From: Heteronotia binoei | Taxonomy: Eukaryota | DNA length: 64,000 nt | Reading direction: 5' to 3' | Assembly (NCBI RefSeq): GCF_032191835.1 | Contig: NC_083227.1 | Location: forward strand, 30,566,001-30,630,000 | Part shown: positions 47,139-62,007 of the stretch, in pieces | How positions within the stretch are numbered: the stretch's first letter is position 1 | How the letters are laid out: every line of letters begins with the position of its first letter | Notes under the pieces: generated by a model | Database searches by the model: none | What the model saw: the letters and a program-made list of their open reading frames with translations, nothing else | What the model was told of the DNA's origin: nothing | Position numbers and translations under genes: made by a program

Positions 47139-48801
47139 TAATCTTTAATGCCCTTACTGACTGAGAAATTATCATACTTTGTAATACCCCTTGAGTACCA
47201 GGGAGAAAGGTGGACTACAAATGAAAATAACTCAATAATTTGCAAAGTTTAATTTTGTTGAGCGCACTCTATAAAGATATGCTGTGAAATCCAGACCCAA
47301 AATAGATGAAAAAGTATAAGACTAAGGGATCATCACCCTCTGTTGTTTCTTTCACTCCTCTTAACTTCAAATGATGGCATCTACAATCTAAGACCTCATA
47401 TTTTACCTCCAATGAACTCAGTTATGTTTTATTAATAAGATGAGACCTACCAAGACCAAATTAGCTGCTACCTGAGCTATAAAATTTGAAAAAGGCTAGT
47501 GGTCATGGCACACAAAGGGTGCTGCTTAAAGGGTAAGGGCAATTAGCAGGAGCAGAAGCAGCAGGTCTGTGAAAGAGGCTCTGTCCCTTTCCTATTCTCT
47601 TTTCCTTTTCCACCTTCCCTTTTCTTGTTTTTCTCTTCCCTAATTTTTGTTCTTCAGTTTTTGTTATTATTTATATGTCTATACAGCATTAAAACTAAAT
47701 TAGATGGAACGCATACTGTGTCAGTACTAGAGAGCTGTAAGCATTTGTTGAAATAGGAATTTATAATACCTCAACAAAATGTTTTAACAAAAATTTGACA
47801 TTTTGAAAAATGAGCTAGATTGGAGATTAAATAATTTGAAAACAGCCAGGAATCTTATATAATTTCAGCTTTAAACTACCAAACTCCCAAGTGGTGAAAA
47901 TGCTAATCTTTCCAAAGATACTTTTTCTTTCCAAAACTGGCAGTATTTGTACCCACTATAACTGTTGGATTGCTACAGAATCATACATAATTTTACAGGA
48001 AATTCACAATTCCTTCCCCTTAAGTTCACAGAATCAGCATTCCCGTCAAATGTCCATCTAGCCAGTGTTTCCTATAGTGGGTGATATTGCCCCCTGGGGG
48101 GGGGGTGCTGAAACAATCCAGGGGGGCGGTAGTAGCCTTGGGTGCAATTGGGGGGCGGTGAATAAAAATAAGGGGGTGGTGGAAGCATAAAGGGAGAAGA
48201 GAAGAGGGCAGGAGGTGTCAAAACATCAAGTTTCTGGGAGGTATCCAGAATTTCTAATTTAGAAAAAAAATTCCCATTAACAAAAATAGAGAGTTCCTTT
48301 TTGTCTTCTACTTAGTGCAATTTCACCCAATTAGACTAATAATGAGGCCCAGAACTCCTTCCATTTAAAATATAAGAAGGATGCAGTTTATTTACAAGAC
48401 TGAATAAGAAATAGATGTGTATAGACCCATAAACAAAGGAACCCATAAACAAAAAATCTTACTAGCTATCCTAGCCAATACAGCTAGCAGCTAGCAGCTT
48501 CTCAAGGTTGCTTGCAGTTTCTCAACGATACAGTTCCAGTCAGGACAGTGGAAGAACTAAGGCAATTGCACAAGCTTCTCTGAAGAGTTCCAACCTGCAG
48601 CTTTCTCCTCACAAGGTTTTCTGCAGAGCATTAAGCTTCTTACAGTCCTGTGGTTACCAGGTGGTTGCTTCTGTTGATTTCAGCCAACTGCAGTGCCCCA
48701 GACACAAGAGTGTCTTCTGCAGGAGCAGCACGTGGAAGTAGGCAGGGTAGACGACTGCCTAGGGTGTCTCCTTATTCCCTCTTCCCATGTGGCACGAACT
48801 T

Positions 48802-49183
48802 GCCAGCCAGCAGGCAAGCTGAGAGCCCTGGGTGGTGCTACAGGGCTGCTTTTCTTTGTAGGGCAAATGTTGTCTGTGCTTGTTGGAGGCTTCCAAGGAA
48901 GAGAGCCCCATTTTACCGCTGCCTGCTGCTTTCAGGTTGAAAGCGGCTGGGTGGCAGCACCTTCCCATTGCACTAGTCAGAGCTGATGAGTGCAATGGGA
49001 AGGTGCTGCCCACCCAGCTGCTCTCAACCCGAAAGCAATGGGCAGCAGTAAAATGGGGCACTCTTCAGAGGCTTCCTTTGAAGCCTCTAACAAGCACAGA
49101 CAACATTTGCCCTGTGAAGAAAAGTGGCAGTGCGGCAGAACTTGCATGCACCGCCCGGGACTCTTGGCTTGCCTGCTGGCTGG
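48802..49183. repeat. About 380-bp imperfect inverted repeat (fold-back MITE core)
   Basis: cttcccattgcac (48961-48973) / gtgcaatgggaag (48990-49002). Arms extend to ccagccagcaggcaagc / gcttgcctgctggctgg. Confidence 0.85.
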
Positions 49184-50053
49184 TACGATAATGTCATTGC
49201 CGGTGTGTGAAGAATATCCCTCTGTTAGGAGCTCATGGGGGGGGGGGGGGGCATGGCTAGGGCGACGGAACCCCTAGTGCCAGCACTGATCTTCTGCTCC
49301 TTTTTTTGAGTTTGGATATTTTACTAATCCACTTATATCCCTGACTGGCAAAGTGCTAGAATTGTGGAAACAATCATTGGTACAAAACTAATTTAGCTGG
49401 GCCCATCTAGATCTTCTTCTGTCAAATAACTGTCAAACTAGATAGCCTGTCAGTTGGAATTGACAGTTCACAGGTGTTTGCCATTAAGAACATGGTCTCT
49501 AGGCTTATTTAAGGTGATATCAACCTACACAAACACTTAGAACTTGGGTATTGTCATTTTCCAGGTAATGATGCAGACAAATACACACATGGTTGATGAA
49601 ATGCTCAATTTCTTGACAGGAGGCTTCTGCGACTTGTGGATGGGGCATTATGGCAGTCTAGTCTGCCCTCCCAACCCAATCCTGTAGCTATGACACAGTG
49701 ATAAAAAACTAAGCAATGACCAACTGGCATTACATCAAAGAAGCCTCTCTATCTCCATAGTAGTAAAGCCTCTTCAAAGAAACTTCCTTATTCTTTTATG
49801 TCATTCTGTAAGCAGTTAAGTGCTTTCTGAATAGCCTGAAGCCAGGAGCCCACTGCTGGCTGCCTGCTTCATTCATTACTTCATGTTTCCCACGCTCTGA
49901 CCTTACTTCCCACGGAGCTGACTGAGATAAACAGATATAAACAGATGCTGCTTCAAATACTACTCTAATCTCTGCACTGATAATGATAAGTAATGATTTC
50001 AAAATTAAAGAAATTGCAAAGGTGGCTTTTCCCCAACTATTCATGTGGGGGGT

Positions 50054-50410
50054 AGGGTTCCCAAGTCTGACTCAAGAAATATCTGGAGATTTTGGGGATA
50101 CAGCCAGGAGACTTAGGGTGGAGCCAGGAGCAAGGTTGTGACAAGTACAATTGAACTCTGAAAGAAGTTCTGGCAATCACATTTAAAGTGACTGCACATT
50201 GTTTAAATGCCTTCCCTCCATTTGAAACAATGAAGGATAGGGGCTCCTTCTTTGGGGCCTCATTGAAATGGACCCCCTGGTCTGACTGTTTTGAAACTTG
50301 GTGTTTTGAGTAGTGGCATTGGACGCTATGCTGAACATTTGGTGCCTCTACCGCAAAAAACGGCCCTCCCAGAGCCCCAGATACTCATGGATCAATTCTC
50401 CATTATACCC
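50054..50410. mobile_element. hAT-Blackjack-like MITE (partial)
   Basis: tagggttcccaagtctgactcaagaaatatctggag...ggatcaattctccattatacc. Paralog of 22765. Confidence 0.7.
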
Positions 50411-50825
50411 TATTTTTATTTTAATATTATCCTTTGTTATCTTAATTTTCTGTGTGTATAAATTTTCAAGTTGGAGACTGCAGGGCTGCCAGTTTGCTGA
50501 AACTGAATCTATTTGAAAGAGGTGGATGAGCAAGACTGAGAAGTAGGTCTTAACTGACCACAACATTTTGCAAGCCAGAACTAATTGGTGAATTGAACTC
50601 AGACTGCCTGTTGCTTTTCCTGTTTACTGCTACATGCATATTTTATCTTCATTGGTTTTGTTGAATTGTTCTGTATGATGGAAGTGATGCATTGTATACT
50701 ATATTTCAATTGCTGTTACCTGCCCTGAGCCCACTTGCAGGGAGGGTGGGATAATAATTATAAATAAATTTCAAAAATTCTCTGTGTATGCAAATGTTAC
50801 TATGGTTGATTTTATAAAATTATTT

Positions 50826-52493
50826 CTATGCCCGGTTCGAAGTGGATCGCAAGGAAGCGGAATTACTAGTAACATCACTGCTGGGGACTGAGCAAGGTTC
50901 TCCTTTCGTTGTGAGGGAGCACGATGTTAGGCGCATAATGCAAGCAGTAAATTCTAGAAAGGCTGCAGGTCCTGATAATATCCCGGGTTGTGTAGTAAAG
51001 GAATGTGCAGGGCAGTTAGCTGGGGTGTGGACTGAGATCTTTAATCGTTCTTTGTCACAATCTATTGTTCCCACTTGTTTGAAGGCTTCTCTTATTGTCC
51101 CAATACCAAAGAGGACGCCAGCAAAGGTTTTAAATGACTATAGGCCAGTGGCCTTGACTTCTGTGATAATGAAGTGTTTTGAGCAATTAGTTCGAAAATA
51201 TATTATTTCCTGCCTGCCTGTTACTTTTGATGAACATCAATTTGCTTACAGGAAAAACAGATCTACTGAGGATGCTGTTAATACTGTCCTTTATACTGCT
51301 TTATCGCATTTGGATAAAAAGGGGACGTATGTTAGAATGTTGTTTGTGGATTTTAGCTCCGCTTTTAATACAATATCACCCCATAGATTGTTGTTTAAGC
51401 TTAAGGATTTGAAGCTGTCGGACTCTATATGTGAGTGGATTTTGAACTTTTTATCAGGTCACTCACAAAGGGTTAAAATGGACGGATATACTTCTTCCGT
51501 GAAGATCTTAAACACTGGCACTCCTCAGGGATGTCTTGAGTCCACTTCTTTTCACTATTTATACGTCTGATTGTGTTTCTAGTAGTCTGAGTAACAAAAT
51601 CATTAAGTATGCAGATGATACAACGTTAGTGGGGCTCATCTCCGAGAATGATGAGTCTGCGTATAGGAGGGAAGTTCATCAGCTGTCCCTTTGGAGTAAA
51701 GTAAATAACCTTATTTTTAATGTAAATAAGACGAAGGAAATCATAGTGGATTACAGGAAGAGTAGTCTGGATATTCAGCCATTGTTTATTGATGGTGTTA
51801 TGGTAGAACAGGTGACAGAATGGAAGTTTTTGGGAATTACTATGAAACAGGATCTAACATGGGGGGCAAATACTTCAGCTCTAGAGAAAAAGGCCCAGCA
51901 ACGACTATACTATTTAAGACTCTTAAGATCACAACAACTGTCAGGGAGTCTGCTGGTTGCCTTTTATCGTAGTTCCATTGAGAGCATTCTATCTTATTGC
52001 CTCTGCATGTGGTTTGGGAGCTGCACGGAAGCAGAGAGAAGGGTGCTCCAAAGAGTGATGGTAAGAGCACAGAAGATTTGTGGATGCTCTCTCCCCTCAT
52101 TGGTGGATCTGTATAATATGGGATGTAAAAGGAAGATACAAATGATCTTAAAGGACCCTTCACATCCGGGCCACTTGCTATTTGAGATCTTACTGTCGGG
52201 CAGACGATACAGAGTGTTGAAGGCTAAGACAAATAGATTTAAGGGCAGCTTCTATCCAAGTGCTGTGGTTAGGCTAAATGCAGGGCTATGAATGGTTATT
52301 TGTTTTAGATGTAGGCTAATGTAGGGTCATGAATGGTTATTTGTTTTAGATGTATTTAAATCGTTTATGTATATGTCTTTTCTTTAGTGTTGATGTGTTG
52401 GTATGTTTGTGGAAGAGCACCTCATTTCGTTGCTCTCATTTTCCTTTTTTGAGAAAATGACAATAAATTTATCATATCATATCATATCATATC
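50826..52493 (+). mobile_element. 5'-truncated Rex1/Babar non-LTR retrotransposon (reverse transcriptase), young
   Basis: Starts at the FYARFE motif. RT motifs KAAGPDNIPG, NDYRPVALTS, FVDFSSAFNTI, GTPQG and KYADD (51608-51619). One 2-bp deletion at ~51534. AATAAA at 52462 and an (ATCAT)5 tail. 12-bp TSD ATAAAATTATTT. Confidence 0.95.
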
Positions 52494-53048
52494 ATAAAAT
52501 TATTTTTGGAATTTCAAGCTTTAAAGTGTCTTCTTTACAATATCTTTGTTAACCCTGTGTGCAAATATGTCACTGCATCTTTTAGTCCACTCCTTGAAGG
52601 TAGATTTCTAGGGGGGCGCTGAGTAATTTTTTTCCTGAAAAGGGGGTGTTAGGCCAAATAAATTTGGGAACCTCTGATCTAGCCTCTGTTTAAAAGCCTT
52701 CAAAGAAGAACCCACCACCTCCCAAGGAAGCCTGTTCCATATTATATACAAGACTTGCCTCAACCTATCCTCAATTCAAGTTTCCATGACAGATTAACCA
52801 AAATGCCAGCAGTTGTTTTCTGCATTTGGCCTTGTTGTTGGCATAATCCCAATTGGAGGAAATCCAAAAAAGAAATCAGATACTAATACAAATAATTCAC
52901 ATGATGTGGCTATGATTATATAAAAGGATTTTTGAAAAACAGCCAAAAAAACACCACTCTTAGTTACATTTTGAGTCCAAACGAGAATCTATTCAAACAC
53001 TTCTCTACTCTGTCAATATCAGTTCTCTTCTGTTTCAAATTTCTACTA

Positions 53049-54980
<1,932 letters not shown>

Positions 54981-55227
54981 CTGGAATAAAGTGAGCAGCT
55001 GAGGAATAAACACCACCTGCCATCTTGAGTCTGTAAACTATAAATCCAATAAAAACAGAAGAGATATTTAAGGATTATTATTCCTTCAATAGGCCTGGAG
55101 AAAGCTCTGCAAACTCTAAATTTTAGAGTCTTTTAAAGGGAAAGGAAAGGGGTGGGAAATTACTCCTCTAGGTCTCAGAAGCCAGATGCCTAATTCTTTT
55201 ATTTAGTGACAAAAGAATAATTACTTA

Positions 55228-55444
55228 CATTGAACATATGAAGCTGCCTTATACTGAATCAGACCCTTGGTCCATCGAAGTCAATATTGTCTACTCAGAC
55301 TGGCAACAGCTCTCCAGGGCCTCAAGCTGAGGTTTTTCACGCCTACTTGCCTGGACCCTTTTTAGTTGGAGATGCTGGGGATTGAACCTGGGACCTTCTG
55401 CTTACCAAGCAGATGCTCTGCCACTGAGCCACCATGCCTTCCCT
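55228..55444 (-). mobile_element. tRNA-derived SINE (Squam3-like)
   Basis: tgaacatatgaagctgccttatactgaatcagaccc...ggagatgctggggattgaacctgggacc...ccactgagccacc. Confidence 0.9.
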
Positions 55445-55630
55445 TCATGGCATGGGACTTGTTTTACAAACCTGGAGCCCCTCCCTCCAAATGTGGAGCC
55501 CCTCCCTCCAAAGTCTTAACTCCTCCTTTTCCTTTCCTGTCTCCATGGAGTCCTCACAGGAGTTGAATGTGAGTCTGAGGACAGGAGAGGTTGAAAGTCA
55601 CTTCTCTAGTCAACTTTAATGTTTATATAG

Positions 55631-55985
55631 TGTTGGGAAATTCTGTGAGGGAAATTGTTTAAACTTTCCCACACAGCTCAATGGACCGCTGGATCACGAA
55701 AGAGATTGAGAGATCTTTAGTATTTAAAAATATATACTTTATTTCTAAAGGGATAGGGACATTGGGATGAAAATAATAACACTCATTACATCCTTACTTT
55801 AACACTAACAAGCTTGGTACTCAGTCAGCTCTCCCCAGATCCAAAACTGCCAACTGCTTCTTTAACCGTCGTTTTTCAACCCTCTGCTTAACATTCCATC
55901 AGCTCTCATCTCATTGGCAGTGAGCCAGATATCCCTTCCTTAGTCAGCCAAACAATACAAACTGGTAAACATATTAAACCCTACA
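55631..55985 (-). mobile_element. Candidate solo LTR
   Basis: On the minus strand it reads TGTAGGG...AATAAA...CCCAACA. No convincing TSD. Confidence 0.4.
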
Positions 55986-57631
55986 ATGACTGAACTTAGA
56001 TATTGCCTAGACATGCAATATAAATACTCAGAATTCCAACAAATGGGACTGCCTTAAGTCCCATCATCCAACACTGCACTACTGGTCTCTTCCGATCTTC
56101 AGGAGAAGTGCCCTCCCCCAAGAAGTCCCACCCACCCAGCAAGCAGGGTTGGAAAGATTCACTTGGGAGAATGAGCACAATCATCAGGATTTAAAATCCG
56201 AACAGTGTAGGCACTCTGAGTCATAGGGAATAAATAGTTACATTTCTTAAGGGCTCTATATAACAAAAAGCATTACAGAGATATGAGCGAACTCTGAACC
56301 AACAGTCTCCTCTGAACTTAAGAAAAGAAGGTTTAATTTTCCTGGTGAACCATGTGAAAAAGATTTATATGAGAGAATGGTCACATGAATTAATTATTAA
56401 TAATTAAGCACAGATTTTCTCGAGATTTGTCCAGGGAACACACTAGCATTTCTTCTAATGCAAGGCTTTCCTGATTATAATTACTTCATCTCTCTCCTGT
56501 CTTTTTCTCTTGGAGAGAAAAGTGGACTCTTATACAAAAAGGGAGGAGAAAACATTTCCATCTTGACTTTGGCTATTGCTTGTCTGTTGGAAGGCTTCTT
56601 TGCAGAAAGCAACAGCAGCCCAGAATGCCGGCAGCACAGAGCTTGAAAACTGGCCCAGGTGTCTGGGAGGGCTGCCATCCATCCTCGAGGTGGGGGCTGG
56701 AGATCTCCTGGGTTCACAGCTTGTGGTCTCCAGACAACAGGTCAGAGCAGGGGTGGCCAAACTGTGGCTCTTTCACACATATTGTGTGGCTCTCAAATGG
56801 CTGGCTTGGAGAAGGCATTTCTTTTTTCTTCTTTTCTAAAGATATATTTTTTTACTTATAATAAAAACATGTTTAAAACTCTTGCAATATTTTGTTTAAA
56901 ATTGAAAGGTGGGGGAATAGTGGGATTTGACAATGCAATTTTTAAAATAAAACACCCAGAAAAAGCACAAGTATCATAGCAGAAACTAAAAATATAAAAT
57001 GCTCTGAGCCTAGGAAAACATGAAATGGCTGGCCATTACAAGCTTCTCCCCCCCCCCCAAGGTCTACTCAGAGTGGCAGTGGCTCTCTAGTATAATGTCC
57101 CCCTTTGGCTGTGGGTTCTCAGGTTAGTATACTTAGGCAGGCACTCATTCTCAGGTTCATTCAGCAGGGACAAGCTGGCTCAAAACATCAACCATTTATT
57201 TGCAAGGAGACAACTTTAGCAAGTAACAGCTACAGCTAGCATACAAATGCTGGAAAGTGAAACCACTGGAGCTCCACTCCATTGAAATATATCACAGCGC
57301 AAAGTTGCGAGGAAAATGTGGAATGGACATCCGGGCCCAAACAGACTACTCTGGTAATGGAATGACAGCCCCCAGAGTAAAACCAGGCATTTCTCTATTT
57401 AAATCACTGATCCAAGCCAGCTGGTGACTGGGAGAATGTTTAAAGTTGTTTTCTTTCAGCATCCCCCTCCCCCATCTTGCTTCCTTGCAGCTCTCAAACA
57501 TCTGACTTTATTCTATATGGCTCTTAAGTTAAGCAAGCTTGGCCACCCTGGACCTAGAGAAGGTGGACTGTATGGCATTATTTACCCTATTGAAGCTTCT
57601 CCCCAAACTCTGTCCTTTTCAGGCTGCACCC

Positions 57632-57830
57632 CCAAAGCTCCATTGATGGACCTCTGCTCCATATTTTTATCTAACCCCCTCTTGAAGCTGTCTATGCTTG
57701 TAGCTGCCACCACCTCCTGTGGCAGTGAATTCCACGTGTTAATCACCCTTTGGGTGAAGAAGTACTTCCTTTTATCCGTTTTAACCTGACTGCTCAGCAA
57801 TTTCATTGAATGCCCCCGAGTTCTTGTATT
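57632..57830 (-). mobile_element. CR1 LINE 3' fragment
   Basis: ORF 57582..57848 reads NTRTRGHSMKLLSSQVKTDKRKYFFTQRVINTWNSLPQEVV. Confidence 0.85.
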
Positions 57831-58140
57831 TATAAAGGACACAGACAAAACACCATTAAAGATTTTTGTTTAAAGAAACTTAAAACAATAGGTGCCTTGA
57901 GGGTCTCCTGTGATTCGCTGGCATTGTATTTCCCCTGTGGCAAGTCTCTTTAATGTCAGAAAATATGCTTTCCAAATTGAGGGAGGGACATAATTAGCAC
58001 TCTTGCAATAGTTTCTGATAACTGACACCTCTTGATCTGAATAATTGTATCAAAATCTAGAGACAATATCTGTGCTGTAGCAATCTTGCTTATGCTGTTC
58101 AGGTGTGGTTCAGGTATGCATCTGTAAGTTGCAAACCTAC

Positions 58141-58280
58141 TTTTGATTTATTGACATTCATTACAGAAATGCTTTGAGCTTTTGATTTACATTCATTACA
58201 TTCATTACAGAATTTACATTCATTACAGAAATGCTTTGAGCTTTTGATTTATTGACATTCATTACAGAAATGCTTTGAGC
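58141..58280. repeat. 39-bp minisatellite, 3 copies (middle copy expanded by slippage)
   Basis: ttttgatttattgacattcattacagaaatgctttgagc at 58141 and 58242. The middle copy carries extra acattcatt units. Confidence 0.9.
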
Positions 58281-59445
58281 CTAAGACCCAGGGGAAAACA
58301 TGAAATGGCTGGGCATTGTAAGCTTTTGTACATAAGTTGCTTCATGTGTTGGTCAGCCAATGGGAAAAATAGAGGCTTTGCTCTGTAGCTCCTGTCTGAT
58401 TGAGCAAGCCTGGCAAAGCAAGTTGTGATGCAGAAGGAAGCAAGAGAGTGGGAGAAGGAAGGAGATGATAGTGAGTTGCTCGCGGTCCTGATAGCAGCTC
58501 TCTGGGGGCCTTATCTGGCCTCTGGGGGCATGTTTGACACCCCTAGTAGAAAATACTGATCCTTGTGTTTCAAAGCTGTTGTCTACCAGCAGATAAACCT
58601 AGACTAAACAGACACTGGGTCTCATACAGCAGACCTATCTATTTATAGTTGGGGAAGGTTGCAAACAGCCCACACAATATCCAAAACAAGAAACCACATA
58701 ATACTTTTTTATTCTAGCCAACCAAAATGACACAAAATACAGTGCAAGCTTTTGAATTTGTTAGAACCCTTCCTCAGGCTGCTACAAGGACAAGTTCTCA
58801 TGCCACCTCTGGTGGAATTAGATGTTGGCAGGCATACAGATTAGTTCAACTGCTGTAGGTGTTACATTCTGGCACATATTTTCGGCAGAAGAAGGCAACA
58901 ACAAAGACCAGCCAAATTCAAGTCCCCCTTCCCTAGATGCTATTTTCTGTGTATAAACCGCTAATTTATTAATTAATTACATACCAGACTTGCCTCACTC
59001 AGTCATCAGTAACAAGTTTTCATGATCGGTCGCTTCATATTTTACCAGCTGTTAATAATTTCAGGATCTATTTTTTGCTGTTATTTGACATGGTTGTTGA
59101 CACAATCCCCCGTTAAAGCTAATCCACAGAAGAAATCAACTGCTAAAGCACATAACTACCATTGTGTGTCTACAAGAAAAGATCTGTCCATAGAAAGTGG
59201 CAATTAACATTCCGTCTGCTTCCATTTTGACTCTAGAACAGGACCTATTCAAAGACTTCTCTGTCCTGACAGTATTAGTTCTCTCCTGTTTCAGATTTCT
59301 CCTACAGTCAGTTACTTTCTTTGTCTGATGTGTTATCAGGCACAAGCCTTTCCTACAACCAGAACACCTATATGGCTTTTCTGATGTAGGAAGGACAGAC
59401 AGAATGGCAGATATGGTTTGGGAAGTAGATTCGGATTTATTTGTT

Positions 59446-60890
59446 TCATGGAGAAATTGGGTAAAGAGGAATTACGGGAACTTCTTTCAGCAACTGTAAC
59501 TGACATGGTTCCTCTCTTGTGTGAACCCTTTGGTGGGAAGTAAGGCTTCTGCTGTTTCTGAAACACCTTCCACACTCCAGGCATTTGTTTGTTTTCTCCC
59601 TTTTATGAATGTTTTGATGTGAAGTTAGCCTGCTGCTCCGACTGAAGCTCTTTCCACACTCAAAGCAATCATATGGTTTTTCCCCAGTGTGAGTCCTCTT
59701 GTGAAAAGTAAGAGCTGCGCTCCAACAGAAGCTCTTTCCACATTCCAAGCACTGATATGGTTTCTCACCTGTGTGAATCCTTTGATGTGAACTTAGATTG
59801 TCATTCCTACTGAAGCTCTTTCCACATTCTAGGCATTTATATGGTTTCTCCCCAGTGTGAATCCTCTGGTGGGAAGTAAGTTCTGCACCCCAGCTGAAAT
59901 TCTTTCCACATTCCAGGCATTTATAGGGTTTCTTGCCTGTGTGAATCCTTTGGTGAAAAACAAGTTCCGCAGTCCTTCTAAAGTTCTTTCCACATTCCAG
60001 ACATGTATATGGTTTCTCCCCAGTGTGAATCATTTGATGTGAAGTGAGGTTGGCACTCCTTCTGAAGTTCTTTCCACACTCTGGACATTTATATGGTTTC
60101 TCCCCTGTATGAATTCTTTGATGTGAACGTAAATTGTCCCTCCATCTGAAGCTCTTTCCACAATGCAGGCATTTATATGGTTCCTCTCCTGTGTGAATCC
60201 TTTGGTGGGAAGCAAGATTTGAACTCTGACTGAAGTTTTTGCCACAATGAAAACATGTATATGGTTTCTCCCCGGTGTGAATCATCTGATGTGCAGTAAG
60301 CTTTGAACTATGACGGAAGTTTTTTCCACATTGTAAGCATTTATATGGTTTCTCCCCACTGTGAATCATTTGATGTGAATTAAGGTTCCCACTCTCACTG
60401 AAGCTCTTCCCACACTGCAAGCACGTATAAAGTTTCTCTCCCATGTGGATGCGTTTGTGAGAAGTAAGTCTTCTGCTCTGACTGAAGCTCTTCCCACACT
60501 CTGGGCATTTGTATGGCTTCTCCCCTGTATGAATCCTTTGATGGGTAGTCAGATGGTCACTTCGGTTGAAACTCTTTCCGCATTCTGGACATTTATATCC
60601 TTTCTCCCATGTCTGAGTTCTCTCTTGTTTCTTAATGTTAGATTTGCTGCCAACCTTTTTCTCACTCACAGAGTAACAGTTTCCTTGATCCCCTTCCTCT
60701 ATTTTGTCTTCAAACAGAATCTGATGAAAGTCACCCTTCAACAAGTAAAACGATTGCTTCCTCTGCTGGTTTGCTTCTCTGTTCCTTCTCTGATGCTTCT
60801 CTGAGATCTCTTGATTCCCAGCTTCTTTTTTCACCTCCAGTTCTTTGTCTCCTTCCACATCCATTAGACATAATTCTCTCTCATCTTCTG
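59446..60890 (-). CDS. Gene E terminal exon: spacer plus 13 C2H2 zinc fingers
   Basis: Minus acceptor ccttctgttccag| (ctg at 60891-60893), phase 1. 13 fingers from YKCPEC to HQRVH. Stop at 59446-59448. Upstream exons were not identified in the window. Confidence 0.92.
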
Positions 60891-62007
60891 CTGGAACAGA
60901 AGGAGAAACCGAATGAGAGATGCAGGAGCAAACACCACAAAGCAGACACAAACATTAATGAATGATTCTTACTCCAACAGGCATAGAACAGTGATATTCA
61001 TTCGGTGACTCAGTCTTTGAGTTGCTACCTGGGGCTCTTCTAACCTAATGCAACACCCACCACCCACATTTCAGGAAAGTGGACAAGGTCTTTCTCTAGT
61101 GGGGCTTGTGGTTGGCAGGTGGTTTCCACCTTGAAACAGCCATCACTGAAGAACTGGTAAGCTGTGAGCTTCCTTCAGTGGCAGGCCTCATGTCAGACAG
61201 GAGTAAGTGTGGTTTTTTTCATTGATGGTAATTGCAAATGCAGTTCTCTGTAAGCTGTGGAGTGAGTACCGCTGGCCTTGAGAAACTTTTGCAACCTCTA
61301 TCCTAGACATTTTTAAAGGGAGGAGAGCAGAGCTGTGGAAGGGAGAGGGGGGAATTGCAACCTACAGTTACTTCTCAGGGGTCCAAAAAAGAGCAGACAG
61401 TTGTGTCAACATTCTACTCATTTTCTGCTCCAACAGCGAGAGAATGAATGCACACATTAGGGTTTTGTTTACTTTAATAGAAGCATCTTTTGAAAAGGAA
61501 AAGCTTCAAAGCAGAAGCTGCCCTTTCCATCTCGCCAAATCCATGCTTAAGTGGCACCCTCCACCCCTGAAGATCATAACTCAGTTAACAGGAATGCAAA
61601 CCTGCAGCTCTACTAATGCCAAAACTTTAATGATTAAATAGATCATCCTTAAGGCCAATAATCAATAGCCTCTGATCTTAAGGAGAGGAAGCTTTCTTAT
61701 TGGTGGTGAAGCATGGGGCAAAGATCTGCATAGAATTACATTATTCAGGATTTAATGTCTTGATAGGATAAGCACTCTGCATCAGAAGGGAGGGGAAGGC
61801 ATTTCTGAATTATTAATCAAAGATGATCTCAGCCTCTGTCTAAGGAGTTTGGGGAGGTGCAAATCATCCTCCCCTCCTCTATTTCTCCTCCCCTCCGTTA
61901 AGAGGTAGGCAAGGCAGAGGAGGGTGACTGGCTCAAAGCGAGTTTCAAGCCTGAGCCAGGACTTGAACCTGGGTCCTCTCAGTATGGTACTCTAAGCATT
62001 ACCACAC

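Larger units (their letters stand above)
48063..52676. mobile_element. hAT/Charlie-bounded composite segment inserted in a CR1 fragment
   Basis: 5' end cagtgtttcctatagtgggtgatattgccccctgggg, 3' end ggccaaataaatttgggaacctctg. Flanks ATCTAGC / ATCTAGCC. Removing the segment rejoins the CR1 sequence ...gtccatctagcctctgtttaaaa... Confidence 0.8.

Noticed and set aside
48200-50800. hAT transposase inside the hAT-bounded segment
   Set aside because: No ORF or recognisable DDE/BED/dimerisation motif. The ORFs at 48508-49277 arise from the inverted repeat.
58141-58280. CRISPR-like repeat array
   Set aside because: Head-to-tail tandem units without unique spacers, in a vertebrate genome with no cas genes.
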